DNA of 63,441 nt, filler included, from Chiloscyllium plagiosum (lineage: Eukaryota), in the NCBI RefSeq assembly GCF_004010195.1. It is 4 parts of one record of this genome, joined end to end, with 100 filler letters (N's around TTAATTAATTAA, not from the genome) between each part and the next. Parts side by side here need not be neighbours in the genome. Positions count along the whole stretch, not along the records: positions 1 to 27,575 come from NC_057716.1; 3 more parts are not named here. One strand, written 5' to 3'. A program made the translations under genes and the position numbers. The notes beneath the pieces are model-generated. The model made no database searches. It saw only the letters and a program-made list of their open reading frames with translations, and had not been told where the DNA came from. Below are positions 1 through 13,475 of this stretch, in pieces (positions within the stretch are counted from its first letter, which is position 1; the number at the start of each line of letters is the position of its first letter).

Positions 1-268
1 CTGGGTACAACAGAGTGTTACAAGGGGACATAAATTTAAGGTGAAGGGTGGAAGGTATAGGGGAGATGTCAGGGGTGGGTTCTTTACCCAGAGAGTGGTG
101 GGGGCATGGAATGCGCTGCCCGTGGGAGTGGCAGAGTCAGAATCATTGGTGACCTTTAAGAGGCAATTGGATAGATACATGGATGGGTGCTTAAGCTAGG
201 ACAAATGTTCGGCACAACATCGTGGGCCGAAGGGCCTGTTCTGTGCTGTATTGTTCTATGTTCTATGA
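1..268 (+). mobile_element. CR1-clade LINE 3' end
   Basis: ORF2 C-terminal motif FFTQRVVGAWNALP and (TTCTATG)n tail. A near-identical 3' end recurs at 9968-10093. Confidence 0.85.
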
Positions 269-319
269 ATCAACTCCAATTGGATGGTTCTGTGTGAGCA
301 GAATTCAGGAGGCCATTTA

Positions 320-2290
320 TCAGCGTTTGGACTATATGCATCTGAACCCTTCCTATTCATGTATACATGCAGATGCCTTTTAAATGCTGTAATTGTACCA
401 GCCTCCACCACTTCCTCTGGCAGCTCATTCCACACACGTACCAACCCCAACAGAGGAGAGTTGCCCCTTAGGTCCCTTTTAAATCTTTCCCCTCTCACCT
501 TAAACCTATGCTGTCTGGATTTGGACTCACCTACCCAGTGGGGAAAAGACCTTGTCTATTTATCCTATCCATGATATTATAAACATTTATAAGGTCACCC
601 CTCAGCCCCTGACGTTTCAGGGAAAAAGGTGCCCAGCGTATTCAGCCTCTGTCTATAACCGAAAGCAACCAGTCCAGGCAAAATTCTTGTAAATCTTTTC
701 TCCATCCTCTCAAGTTTCATAACATCCTTACTATAGCAGGGTGATTAGACCTCTGCACAGTATTCTAAAAGTGGCCTCACCAATCTCCTGAACAGCCACG
801 ATATGATGTCCCAACTCTTAGACTTAACACACTGTGCAATGAAGACAAGTTCGCCAAATGCCTTCTTCACCATCCTGTCCATTTGCAACTCCACTTTCAA
901 GGAACTATGGACCTGCACCCCGAGGTCTCTTTGTTTGACAACACTACAAGGCCCTACCATTAAATGTATAAATCCTGCCCTGATTTGCCTTTCCAAAATG
1001 CAGCACCTCACATTTATCTAAATTAAACTCCATCTGCCACTCCTTGCCCCATCGGTCCATTCTGATCAAGGTGACCTTCCTCACTGTCAACTGCACCTCC
1101 AATTTTGCTCTCATCTGTAGACCGTGCCTCCTATATTCACATCCAAATCATTTACATAAATGACGAAATGCAGTGCACCCAGCACTGATTCTTATGGCAC
1201 ACCGCTGGTTACAGGCCTCCACCACCACCCTGTCTCCTACTTGCAAGGAATTTTGTATCCATTTGGTGAGATCCCCCTGGATTCCATGTGCTCTAACCTT
1301 ACTAACCAGATGGAACCTTGTTGATAGTTTTGGTGAAGTCAATATAGACAACGTCTTCCGCTCTGACTACATCAATTTTCGTTGACAGCTCTTCAAAAAA
1401 ACCGAACAAGTTAGTGAGACATGATTTCCCACGCACAAAGCAACGTTGACTATCCCTAAGTACATGTAAATCCTGACCTTCAGAATCCCCTCGAACAATT
1501 TACCCACCACTGACATAACGCTCACTGGTCGACACTTTTCCTTACAGTTTTTCTTAAAAAATGGCACAACATTAGCCACCCCCCCCCCCCGTCACCTCAC
1601 TGATAGCTGTCGATGAAACAAATATTTCTGCTGGGGGCCCAGTAATTTCTTCCCTAGCTTCCCATAAAGTTCTGGGAAATACCTAATCAGATTTTGGGGA
1701 TTTATCCACCTTTATGCACTTTAAGACTTTCACTGCTGTAATATCAAATTCCAAGATGTCATTATTTATTCCCCCAAGTTCCCCAGCTTCCACAATCTTC
1801 TCCACAGCGAATACTGATGTAAAATATTCTTTTACGATCTCACCTATCTCTCACGGTTCCACACGTACACAGCCTGACTGATCTTTAAGGGACCCTACTC
1901 TCCCCCTAGTTACTCTTCTGCCATTAATATACTTAAAACCATAGAATTCTTACAGTGTGGATGCAGGCCATCCGGTCCATCGAGTCCATACCAAGCCTCC
2001 AAAGAGCATCCCACGCAGACCCACCCACCTCCCTGTCCCTGTAACCCTACATTTCTCACAGCAAACCCACCTAGCCAGCAGATCCCTTGACACTATGGGC
2101 AATTTAGCAGAAGCTATTACAGAATCTCTCTGGATTCTCCTTAACTCTATTTGCTGAAGTTATTTAGCCCTCTTAACTTCCGGCTTAAGTCTACTCCTAC
2201 TGCCCTTATACTCCCCTAGGGATCCACTTGATCCCGGCTGTCCACACCTGATGCGCACCACCTCCTGGTTCTTGACCAGAGTCTCTGTCA
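320..2290 (-). mobile_element. Decayed CR1 LINE ORF2 (RT) fragments
   Basis: Minus-strand peptides ANVVPFFKK..RPVSVMSVVGK, DLGVQVHSSLKV, LVRPLLEYC and VWNELPEEVVEAGT, frameshifted. Interrupted by a partial HE1-type SINE at about 1940-2110. Confidence 0.85.
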
Positions 2291-2780
2291 TCCAGCATTG
2301 CTGAGTTACGAGACTGAGTGCAGGTACACACAGAGGAGAGGGCGCTGGACATAGATTGCCCTCAGCATCGATGACATGACAATCAGGGAATGGAAAAAAT
2401 ATTTATCCAACATTTCACTTCATCTTTAATTTCTGCAATTGGGGCTTGGGGGTATCAGTGGGAAGGAAACAATACCTATTACCCCTCACAAATTACCCGT
2501 GAGCAGGGGGGAGTGACACACAGGCAGTGTCTGTTTGCCCATCAGCAATGATCAAATCCAGGCCCCACATACATTCCTGAAGACACTCCTGCACATGATG
2601 ATATCGTTCATCAAACATTCAGGATGTGCCTAGACTGATCAGTTTTATCACGGAATGGGATCATGGTATTAGAGGAGAGAAAGTTCACAAAACAGCATCC
2701 AATGCAATTACAAAACACTCCCAGGTAGGAGCAGGACCCGGTCATATCAAAAGTAAATACCCAACTGCACAATTTCCATG

Positions 2781-3417
2781 CTGTCCCCATCAAATACTCC
2801 CAGGACAGGGACAGCACAGGGTCAGATACAGAGTAAAGCTCCCTCTACACTGTCCTCATCAAACACTCCCAGGACAGGGACAGCACGGGGTTAGATACAG
2901 AGTAAAGCTCCCTCTACACTGTCCCCCATCAAACACTCCCAGCACAGGGACAGCATGGGGTTAGATACAGAGTAAAGATCCCTCTACACTGTCCACATCA
3001 AACACTCCCAGAGAAGGGACAGCATGGGGTAAGATACAGAGTAAAGCTCCCTCTACACTGTCCCCCATCAAACACTCCCAGGACAGGGACAGCATGGGGT
3101 TAGATACAGAGTAAAGCTCCCTCTACACTGTCCCCATCAAACATTCCCAGGGAAGGGACAGCACAGGGTTAGATACAGAGTAAAGCTCCCTCTACACTGT
3201 CCCCATCAAACACTCCCAGGGACAGGGACAGCACAGGGTAAGATACAGAGTAAAGCTCCCTCTGCACTGTCCCCATCAAACACTCCCAGAGAAGGGACAG
3301 CATGGGATAAGATACAGAGTAAAGCTCCCTCTACACTGTCCCCATCAAACACTCCCAGGACAGGGACAGCACGGGGTTAGATACAGAGTAAAGCTCCCTC
3401 TACACTGTCCCCATCAA
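2781..3417. repeat. Minisatellite, 69-70 bp unit, about 9 copies
   Basis: Unit ctgtccccatcaaacactcccaggacagggacagcacggggttagatacagagtaaagctccctctaca. Confidence 0.95.
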
Positions 3418-4702
3418 TGTAAATGAGCAGCTGCTTCAGCAATGTATTATTGGGAATCCTTGTTATGATCAGCACCGTCCCTGCTGAGGTGGCTTTGCCC
3501 CTGATGATTTGGGCTCTCGGAGGGAGGAGCTGGTGCCGGCCTTGCCCTGTCTGTAAACCCCATCCCCAAGGTGGAGGCTGGGCTGGATGGAGTGTTTGAA
3601 CTCCCTGGGTTAGCTCTGTGCATTTCCAGCCCATGCGCACGCGCAGCTCGATGAACATGCCTGAAGCCACCCTGAGGTGCCTGGTCACTGGCAGGAGGAG
3701 GGTTTGACAATCCTATCTGACTGTCTCACTGCCCGGGGGGGCAGGTAGGGTGGGGGCAAGAGGCTGCAAACATCAGCAGTTTAAGTAGGTCAGCAGCGTC
3801 AGGCAATGGGACCCCTCCCAGCACTACGTTCACACACCAATCAGTGACTGATCAATTCCTATAGATCCACCAGAAAGTGGAAGGGATACTGTCAGTGATC
3901 TCAAAATTGAGACTGAATCCAGTTTCCAAAGATGACAGACACTGGGACTGTGAGCCTGTTGAGGAAGCAGGAGGCTGGTCCGGATGCAGGAAGACCACAC
4001 TCTGTCCAGTCACATCACATCACGAGTGGAGTCAGTGCTTTCCCAACGTCAACTGTCCAATGTGAGATGGAGACAGTGACACAGGGACTGACTGTACACT
4101 GTGCCTTACTGAACATCAACGCAACACTGTGACTTGTACAACACCTCCCTCAGCTAGTCACACTGTGCCACCCAGTCCCTAACTATCCCGAAACTGCCAG
4201 TCCACAGACACACACTCAGGGCAGTCACACTGAGCTCAGCCACTGCTACAATCCTACCTTGGGAACAGGCAGCAGTTAGCAAGGTTCCTCCCTCGAACCC
4301 AACTCGGTCCTGGACGGTCTCTACTGTGGTACAGCCTCTCACATCAGGATTACTGTCAGGGAGCTGCATACTGGCACCCAGAGGGAACTTTAACAACAGA
4401 ATGCTATATATGGAGATGAAGAAAGCAGCAGCAACAGGTCAAGGCAGAGAGATAGTCCGGAGATGAAAACAGAGTGCCACACACACAAACAAAAACTTGA
4501 CGAGAGAGTGAGAGAGACAGGAGAGAGGGGAAGCAGTCAGACACAAAACACAAAACGTAGCAGAGGCCAGAGCAGATCAGACAGAGAAAGAAAGAGGCAA
4601 TCTGAGAAAAAAAACCAAGAATACTCAGAGCAACACTGAGAGTTCAGGTTGGGAAAAACAGATGGAGCCGGAAACACAAGTGAGAAAGTTACAATCGACA
4701 GC

Positions 4703-6260
4703 CCAGTCAGTGTGTGTGGGGGGGCTGTATCGCAGTGAGGGTCAGTGTGTGGGGGTCCGTACCCCAGTGAATGTCAGTGTGTGTGGGGATCTGTATCGCA
4801 GTAAGGGTCAGTGTGTGTGGGAGTGTACCCCAGTGAGGGTCAGTGTGTGTGGAATTGTACCCCAGTGAGAGTCAGTGTGTGTGGGAGTGTACCCCAGTCA
4901 GAGTCAGTGTGTGTGTGGGAGTGTACCCCAGTGAGAGTCAGTGTGTGTGGGACTGGACCCCAGTCAGAGTCATTGTGTGTGGGAGTGTACCCCAGTGAGA
5001 GTCAGTGTGTGTGGGACTGGACCCCAGTCAGAGTCATTGTGTGTGGGAGTGTACCCCAGTGAGAGTCAGTGTGTGTGGGACTGGACCCCAGTCAGAGTCA
5101 TTGTGTGTGGGAGTGTACCCCAGTGAGAGTCAGTGTGTGTGGGACTGGACCCCAGTNNNNNNNNNNNNNNNNNNNNNNNNNNNNNNNNNNNNNNNNNNNN
5201 NNNNNNNNNNNNNNNNNNNNNNNNNNNNNNNNNNNNNNNNNNNNNNNNNNNNNNNNNNNNNNNNNNNNNNNNNNNNNNNNNNNNNNNNNNNNNNNNNNNN
5301 NNNNNNNNNNNNNNNNNNNNNNNNNNNNNNNNNNNNNNNNNNNNNNNNNNNNNNNNNNNNNNNNNNNNNNNNNNNNNNNNNNNNNNNNNNNNNNNNNNNN
5401 NNNNNNNNNNNNNNNNNNNNNNNNNNNNNNNNNNNNNNNNNNNNNNNNNNNNNNNNNNNNNNNNNNNNNNNNNNNNNNNNNNNNNNNNNNNNNNNNNNNN
5501 NNNNNNNNNNNNNNNNNNNNNNNNNNNNNNNNNNNNNNNNNNNNNNNNNNNNNNNNNNNNNNNNNNNNNNNNNNNNNNNNNNNNNNNNNNNNNNNNNNNN
5601 NNNNNNNNNNNNNNNNNNNNNNNNNNNNNNNNNNNNNNNNNNNNNNNNNNNNNNNNNNNNNNNNNNNNNNNNNNNNNNNNNNNNNNNNNNNNNNNNNNNN
5701 NNNNNNNNNNNNNNNNNNNNNNNNNNNNNNNNNNNNNNNNNNNNNNNNNNNNNNNNNNNNNNNNNNNNNNNNNNNNNNNNNNNNNNNNNNNNNNNNNNNN
5801 NNNNNNNNNNNNNNNNNNNNNNNNNNNNNNNNNNNNNNNNNNNNNNNNNNNNNNNNNNNNNNNNNNNNNNNNNNNNNNNNNNNNNNNNNNNNNNNNNNNN
5901 NNNNNNNNNNNNNNNNNNNNNNNNNNNNNNNNNNNNNNNNNNNNNNNNNNNNNNNNNNNNNNNNNNNNNNNNNNNNNNNNNNNNNNNNNNNNNNNNNNNN
6001 NNNNNNNNNNNNNNNNNNNNNNNNNNNNNNNNNNNNNNNNNNNNNNNNNNNNNNNNNGTGAGAGTCAGTGTGTGTGGGGGAGTGTACCCCAGTGAGAGTC
6101 AGTGTGTGTGTGGGATTGTACCCCTGTGAGAGTCAGTGTGTGTGGGAGTGTACCCCCGTGAGAGTCAGTGTGTGTGGGGGAGTGTACCCCAGTGAGAGTC
6201 AGTGTGTGTGGGGGTGTACCCCAGTGAGAGTCAGTGTGTGGGGGAGTGTACCCCAGTGAG
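4703..6260. repeat. Minisatellite, ~32 bp unit with 64-bp dimer, spanning N gap 5157-6057
   Basis: Unit gtgagagtcagtgtgtgtgggagtgtacccca, alternating with a gggactggacccca variant. Confidence 0.95.
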
Positions 6261-6299
6261 GGTTACAGTTACCATCCTGATTGCTCTGACCCTCATTCT

Positions 6300-6600
6300 C
6301 AGACTTTCCCCCCAGCTCTAGAATCCCCAACCAGTGGAAACAGTTTATCTTTATCTGCATGTCTAGTCCTGTTAATATCTTAAATACTTTAATTGGATCA
6401 CCCCTTAACCTTCTGAATTCTCGAGAAAGCAGAGATACTTTGTATAATCTCTCCTCATTGATTAACCCCTGAAGTCCCAGGATCATTTCTGTAAACCTCC
6501 ATAATACTCCCTCCCAGGTTAACCTGTCCTTCCTCATTCTTGTGCAGTGCCCAGGTCTGCTCACAGAACTCCAAGTGGGGTCTCACCCGGATTTGTGTAG
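6300..6600 (-). mobile_element. CR1 LINE ORF2 3' fragment
   Basis: Peptide RFTEMILGLQGL..EERL..FRRLRGDPIKVFKIL. Confidence 0.75.
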
Positions 6601-7215
6601 CTGCACTGTACCGCCCATATTTTCTCCATCTGAAGGCTAGCTTTCAATTGCAAATGTATAAGTTAACTAAATTTGAATTTCCCCAGCCACTATGATTGGA
6701 TTTGAAACCACATCCCTCGTGCATCTGGGCCTTGGGATTATGAGCCCAATGACATTACCATTTCAAAATCATGAAACTACCATTTAACAGCACCATTACA
6801 TTACCATTACGTTACCATCTCCATTGTCGTGGAGAGCTGTGAATATATTGAAATCAGATTCCTGTTGCTGCCCGGGCTTGCCGAGGGTCAGGAGACCTGC
6901 CGATAGAGAAGGGGCTACATGCTTCTGGCTCTACAAGTTGCAGCAAGGCAGCGCGTGGGCTGGGAGTGGAGATTACCCTCACTGCCAACCTTGAGAAACC
7001 TCTAGCCTCTCCCCAGGCCAGATTGCACCCTCTCTCCCCCTTGTCCTGACCTCCTGTATCCAGGAACAATCACCTCACACACTGTCTCTCTGATCCTGAC
7101 CCCCAGCAGGAGATTCGGCATTCAGTTAGAAAGACTTTGTACAATGCCCTTAGTATCTGATCTTTATTTCTGTATTAGTCAAACCCAGGAATCCCTGTGC
7201 TTCTCGATTTATCGT

Positions 7216-7520
7216 GGGCAGCATGGTGGCACAGTGGTTAGCACTGCTACCTCACAGCGCCAGAGACCCGGGTTCAATTCCCGCCTCAGGCGACTCTCTG
7301 TGTGGAGTTTGCACATTCTCCCCGTGTCTGCGTGGGTTTCCTCCAGGTGCTCCGGTTTCCTCCCACACTCCAAAAATGTGCAGGTCAGGTGAATTGGCCA
7401 TGCTAAATTGCCTGTAGTGTTAGGTGAAGGGGTAAATGTAGGGGAGTGGGTCTGGGTGGGTTGTGCTTTGGCGGGTAGGTGTGGACTTGTTGGGCCGAAG
7501 GATTTGTAAGTAATCTAATC
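7216..7520 (+). mobile_element. HE1-type tRNA-derived V-SINE, near full length
   Basis: A box (tggcacagtgg), B box (ggttcaattcc), V-domain gtgtggagtttgcacattctccccgtgtctgcgtgggtttcc, CR1-like tail. Confidence 0.85.
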
Positions 7521-7640
7521 TTATCCCATCACCTTCAGATATGTGGGCACTGACCTCATCTGGTCTCCTTGTTCTTGAACTCCCTGTAAGATGATCCCAT
7601 TTAGTTCACAGAGCATTTCCCCAATTTTGCTTTCAAACTG

Positions 7641-8630
7641 CGTCATAGAGATGTACAGCACAGAAACAGACCCTTCGGTCCAACCCATACATGCCGACCA
7701 GATATCCCAACCCAATCTAGTCCCACCTGCCAGCACCCGGCCCATATCCCTCCAAACCCTTCCTATTCATGATTCGGAGATGCCGGTGTTGGACTGGGGT
7801 GTACAAAGTTAAAAATCACACAACACCAGGTTATAGTCCAACAGGTTTAATTGGAAGCACACCAGCTTTTGGAGCGACGCTCCTTCATCAGGTGATTGTG
7901 GAGGGCTCGATCGTAACACAGAATTTATAGCAAAAATTTGCAGTGTGATGTAACTGAAATTATACATTGAAGAATCCTCCAACCCTGGCAACATCCTTGT
8001 AAGTCTTTTCTGAACCCTTTCAAGTTTCACAATACTTTTCCGATAGGAAGGAGACCAGAATTACACGCAGTATTCCAACAGTGGCCTAACCAATGTCCTG
8101 TATAGCCGCAACATGACCTCCCAACTCCTGTACTCAATACTCTGACTGATAATGGAAAGCATACCAAACGCCTTCTTCACTATCCTATCTACCTGCAACT
8201 CCACTTTCAAGGAGCTATGAACCTGCACTCCAAGGTCTCTTTGTTCAGCAACACTCCCTAGGACCTGACCATAAGTCCTGCTCTAATTTGCTTTCCCAAA
8301 ATGTGGCATCTTGCATATATCCAATTCTGCATTAAATCCTATTGGTCAGGTATTTGCTAATTTAAGACCATAGACATATGAGCAGATGAAGGCCGCTCAG
8401 CCCATCGAGTCTGCTCTGCCATTCATGGTTGATCCAACAATCCTCCACTTCACGTTCCTGCCTTTCCCCCAACCCTCCATCCCCTTCCCGACTAAAAACC
8501 TGCCTCCCTCAGCCTTGAATATCCTGAATGACCCAGCCTCGACAGCCCTCTGTGGGAAAGAATTCCACAGATTCACTCCCCTCTGAGGGAAGGAATCCCT
8601 CCTCATCTCTGTCTTCAATGGACGCCCCCT
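7641..8630 (-). mobile_element. CR1 LINE 3' fragments (two elements; the first is interrupted at about 7770-7972)
   Basis: Peptides KLERVQKRLTRMLPGLED and FPQRGVNLWNSFPQRAVEAGS; CR1 3' UTRs. Confidence 0.8.
7770..7972 (-). mobile_element. PLE-derived terminal-repeat element, family B, with decayed hammerhead core
   Basis: Minus strand ctgatgaaggagcgtcgctccaaaagct plus aacctgttggactataacctggtgttg. Confidence 0.6.
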
Positions 8631-10129
8631 TTCAGAATGTCAGCATTTATGGGAAGGGCAGTTCAGGATCCAGTGTTGAGGAGGCTTCAACAATAATGGG
8701 CAAATGGAGGTGGGTTTATGGGGGTGGGCAAGGACAGGTGGGGCTCTGCAGAGGGCAGGGGGATGCCAGTTTGTGGACAAGAGGCTGCTGTCAAAGGAAC
8801 AGGAAACACAGTGTTGCCAGAGGTGTCAAAGGTCATTGTGTGACAACCACCTCGAAAGCAGGAGGGAATCTTCCATCATATGGATACTGGTGTCTCCTCC
8901 CTCGCCTCATTTCATACATTCTTTGCTCTTCTTTGGGGAATAGCAGGGGAAGAGTTGGAGGGATTAGCAGGCTGATGACTAACCTGTTGAATCACCCGTG
9001 GTTCCCAAGTACTGGCTGAGGGCCTGAACATAGAGGGACTCTGGTCACAACAGCCCCACTCTCAGCCTTGGAAGCAGAAGGTCAGGGTTTGAGTATAGCC
9101 CCAGGCTGTTCCTTCCAGTTTACCAGCCAGTACGACACTGTGCCCAGGGAGCGTGGAAACCCAAGAAAGCCTCCACAGATATATCACACCAACCATCCTC
9201 AAAATGACTGGGCCTCAGCACTGGATACAGAACTCCTAACACAGTCTGTCCCACTGGGTCTGTGAAGGATATGGAATCCTCCATATGTTTTCACAGTGAA
9301 AACTGTCAACCAGTGTGCCCATTCAGGGCTGGGACAGAAGCAGGTACAGCAGCTCTCTGTACACTCAATCACACAAGTGGCTCACAGCTTGGTTGTCTTT
9401 AGTTACATTCTTTCACTTTAATTAAACCCTAATCATGTCATTTTCCCGCATCGGGAATTCCTCACATTCCTTGGCTCACAGTCATCTTGAAAGAGGAACA
9501 CGCATGTTTACCAGTCCCGTCCCTCCCTCTGACTCGGTCAGGCAGCGAGGAAACAGCCAGCAGTGTGACACTCTCCCTGGTCACAGGCTAGGGCAGTGAG
9601 GGCAGTAACCCATCACTGAGGACGCAGAGACACAACAGCTCAGTACATCACCCCGTCAGTGTGTCGGCTGCACAAATGGGTTCACTCAGAGATGGGACTC
9701 CCAAATTTGGTGAGGAATTGCTTTGGGGGGCAAATAATTTTACTGTTTCAAAACTTAAAATCCCGGCTGCATAGGAGGAGAATAAAATCACAAGATTCCA
9801 AGTTTTTTATGACAAGAAAATCTTTATCATATCAAGTGAGAGAAAATAAACAATTGGCAATAAAGTAAACAATCTGTTTTATCCTCAAATATCTGGAATT
9901 AACACGAGGTAAGTGTGGACTAACATCTAATCTGTTACAGAAACATCACAATGCACACTGAATGATTTGTCAGAATCATTGGTGACCTTTAAGTGGCAAT
10001 TGGATAGGTACATGGACAGGTGCTTAAGCTAGGACAATGTTCGGCACATCGTGGGCCGAAGGGCCTGTTCTGTGCTGTATTGTTCTATGTTCTAACTGTG
10101 TCCAAGACAGACACTCATAGATTTTGGCC

Positions 10130-10260
10130 TCATTTCTGATGAAGGGTTCCGGCCTGAAACATTGATTTTCCTGCTGCTCGGATGCTGCCTGACCTGCTGT
10201 GCTTTTCCAACAACACACTCCCAACTCTGATCTCCAGCATCTGCAGACCTTACTGTCTCC
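10130..10260 (+). mobile_element. PLE-derived element, family A (single arm)
   Basis: ctgatgaagggttccggcctgaaac followed by ggatgctgcctgacctgctgtgcttttcc..ctccagcatctgcag. Confidence 0.65.
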
Positions 10261-10575
10261 CACAGATTTTGTCATGAACACATCCTGACATGAAGAATCA
10301 CAGTCACTCACAAAACCATGACTTCCTCGGACTTCTTTCAGAGGAACATAAAAACGAGGTTTAAGAGTGGACAATCGATTGCAAAACATTACATCCAAAG
10401 ATTCAGATCTGAAATGTGCTCAAACGTCACTCTAGCCGAGACAGTCCCAGGGCCTTAATATTTCCCAGTAGCTCATTCTGTTCTCCCAAGACAGTATGCC
10501 CACCTATTCTGAAGTGTGTGCCAGCACTTAATCCCAGATCTTGACCAATTTTGAACATAATACCACTCATCAAAA

Positions 10576-11765
10576 TACTCACTGTGTAACTGTACACAGT
10601 CAGTGTTTATTCAGCAGGGTAAGGGTCACTCTCTGTGTAACCGTACAGAGTCAGTGTTTATTCAGCAGGGTAAGGGTCACTCACTGTGTAACTGTACAGA
10701 GTCTGTGTTTATTCAGCAGGGTAAGGGTCACTCACTGTGTAACCGTACAGAGTCAGGGTTTATTCAGCAGGGTAAGGGTCACTCACTGTGTAACCATACA
10801 GAGTCAGGGTTTATTCAGCAGGGTAAGGGTCACTCACTGTGTAACCATACAGAGTCAGGGTTTATTCAGCAGGGTAAGGGTCACTCACTGTGTAACCATA
10901 CAGAGTCAGGGTTTATTCAGCAGGGTAACCGTATAGAGTCAGTGTTTATTCAGCAGGGTAAGGGTCACTCACTGTGTAACCGTACAGGGTCAGTGTTTAT
11001 TCAGCAGGGTAAGGGTCACTCGCTGTGTAACTGTACAGAGTCAGTGTTTATTCAGCAGGGTAAGGGTCACTCGCTGTGTAACTGTACAGAGTCAGTGTTT
11101 ATTCAGCAGGGTAAGGGTCACTCGCTGTGTAACTGTACAGAGTCAGTGTTTATTCAGCAGGGTAAGGGTCACTCACTGTGTAACTGTACAGACTCAGTGT
11201 TTATTCAACAGAGTAAGGGTCACTCGCTGTGTAACTGTACAGAGTCAGTGTTTTCAGCAGGGTAAGGGTCACTCGCTGTGTAACTGTACAGTAAGTGTTA
11301 ATTCAACAGGGTAAGGGTCACTCGCTGTGTAACTGTACAGAGTCAGTGTGTATTCCCCAGGGTAAGGGTCACTCACTGTGTAACCGTACAGAGTCAGTGT
11401 GTATTCCCCAGGGTAAGGGTCACTCGCTGTGTAACCGTACAGAGTCAGTGTGTATTCCCCAGGGTAAGGGTCACTCACTGTGTTACCGTACAGAGTCAGT
11501 GTGTATTCCCCAGGGTAAGGGTCACTCGCTGTGTAACAGTACAGAGTCAGTGTTAAATCAGCAGGGTAAAGGTCACTCACTGTGTAACTGCACAGAGTCA
11601 GGGTTTATTCTCCAGGGTAAGGGTTACTCGCTGTGTAACTGTACAGAGTCAGTGTTTATTCAGCAGGGTAAGGGTCACTTGCTGTGTAACTGTACAGAGT
11701 CAGGGTGTATTCAGCAGGGTCAGGGTCACTCACTGTGTAACTGTACAGAGTCAGGGTGTATTCCC
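10576..11765. repeat. Minisatellite, 51 bp unit, about 23 copies
   Basis: Unit cactcactgtgtaactgtacagagtcagtgtttattcagcagggtaagggt; gives the 17-aa periodic ORFs. Confidence 0.95.
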
Positions 11766-12237
11766 TGTGCTGCTGGTAGTTTCTCTGTGGCACTGCTTGC
11801 CTCCATTGCATCGCTGCCTATTTGTGATGACTGGCCATGGTTGCCAGGTTTCCTTACAAGGTTGTGAGCAGCAGTGTGTGTGCAGTTTCTGCTGTTGGCA
11901 CATATAAGGGCCTGTGCTGACATGCCAGTGCAAAATTAGTAACAGCCTTCAAACATTAACCAACTCTAATGGAAGCAGATCCCTGCCTGTAGACATGTGG
12001 CTGGACAGGAGAATGATTCACTCAGTTGCTGCTTCAAGTGCAACATGCTCACTCCTGAGAACAGGAAGAAATGACCGGCCAGGTTATAGGGCACTGCTGC
12101 AGTTCACTCAGGTCTATGTTTACACATCCTGCTGAATGTAACGTCAGCTCATCCTGAACTCTCCTCCCCGCACCGGGGAGGGGGAAACAGTGCCATGGTG
12201 GTGCCGGACACTGTGCCTCTGTGCGTAGTCTGGGTCG

Positions 12238-12868
12238 TAGAAACATGGGAACATAGAAAACAGAAGCAGGACGAGGCCATTCAGCCCTTCGAACCTGCTC
12301 TGCCATTCACTGTGAGCATGGCTCATCACCTGCCTTGATAGCCTGCTCCTGCTTCCCCCATGGCCTTTCATCCCTTCCATCAGTGTCCAGCTCCTCCTTC
12401 AAAACATTCAAGGTTTTGTCTCAACCCCTTTCTGTCGCAGAGAATCCCACAGGCTCCCCACTCTCGGGGGGGAAGACATTTCTCCCCGTCTCAGTCTGAA
12501 ACAGCCTCCCCCAAATCCTACGAGTGTGTCCTCTGGCTCCAGACTCCCCCATCATTAGGAACTTCCTCCCCCATCTGACCTGCCTAGTCCTGTTGGAACT
12601 TTACAGATTTTCATGAGATTTCCTCCCTCATTCTTCTAAACTCCAGTGAATATGGTCAAAGGGTGTGGTGCTGGGAAAGCACAGCAGGTCAGGCGGCATC
12701 TGAGGTGCAGGAGATTCGACCGTTCTGGCATAAGCCCTTCATCAGGAATTGGGGCTTCTGCCTGAAACGTCGATTGTCCTGCCCCTCGGATGCTGCCTGA
12801 CCTGCTGCGCTTTTCCAGCAACACACTCTCGACTCTGATCTCCAGCATCTGCAGTCCTCACTTTCTCC
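12238..12868. mobile_element. CR1 3' end (minus, 12238-12650) abutting a family A fold-back element (12660-12868)
   Basis: CR1 tail and 3' UTR; inverted arms gcaggtcaggcggcatc / gatgctgcctgacctgc. Confidence 0.7.
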
Positions 12869-13174
12869 TAACGTAAGGGTGACCTCGATGACCTTTTGGT
12901 GAGCTCCCCCCTCAATCCTTCTCGAGCTGCCCACAGCCTCTGACACAGTGACCCCCCCCCCCTGAACCCCAGCCCATCCCCCACCACCTCCTGCTTCATT
13001 CTGACCTGCTTCCTGATGGCCTGACACTCTCCGGTAATGGCTGCACTTCCTGATCATCTGCGTGAAGGGTCTAACTTTGACCCCCCCCTTCCTGCCCACA
13101 CCAGTTCACGACCAGCTCCCTTGACCCCCACAGATCTGGTTGCAGCTCTGACATCCAGTCAGGGAGTTCCTCAA

Positions 13175-13475
13175 AGGGCAGACAGTGGCTTTAGTGATAT
13201 TATTGCTGGAGATCTGGGTCACGTTCTGGGTTCGAATACCACTACAACAGATGGTGGAACTTCAATTCAATACTAATCTAGAATAAGACTCTAATGGTGA
13301 CCAGGAAATTGTGAGACAAGCCCATCTGGGTCACTAAGTGAAGGAAATCTGCAATTTCACCTGGTCTGGCCTACATGTAACTCCAGATCCACATCAATGT
13401 GGTTGACTCTTAACTGGGCAATTAGGGATGGGCATTAATTACTAACTGAGTCAGCGGTGCCCACATCCCAGGATT
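13175..13475 (+). mobile_element. tRNA-headed SINE of a second family (not HE1)
   Basis: B box ggttcgaatacc. Its 3' tail gggcaattagggatgggc matches the LINE 3' end at about 50280. A fragment also occurs at about 37055-37180. Confidence 0.6.

Noticed and set aside
2781..3417. CRISPR-like regular array (also considered for 14693-17757 and 38622-39148)
   Set aside because: No unique spacers, no cas genes, and a vertebrate context.
5005..6129. Long ORFs containing X runs (also 18438-20118, 35586-36590, 46799-47989, 48795-49424)
   Set aside because: They span N gaps flanked by simple repeats or LINE fragments.
10541..11867. Periodic Cys/His ORFs
   Set aside because: Translations of the 51-bp tandem repeat, with frame-breaking unit variants.
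12144..12240. Protein-like C-terminus YDPDYAQRHSVRHHHG..GGEFRMS* on the minus strand
   Set aside because: It directly abuts a CR1 tail. Rejoining across the insertions gives an in-frame stop just upstream, and I found no acceptor in phase with exon C for this frame.
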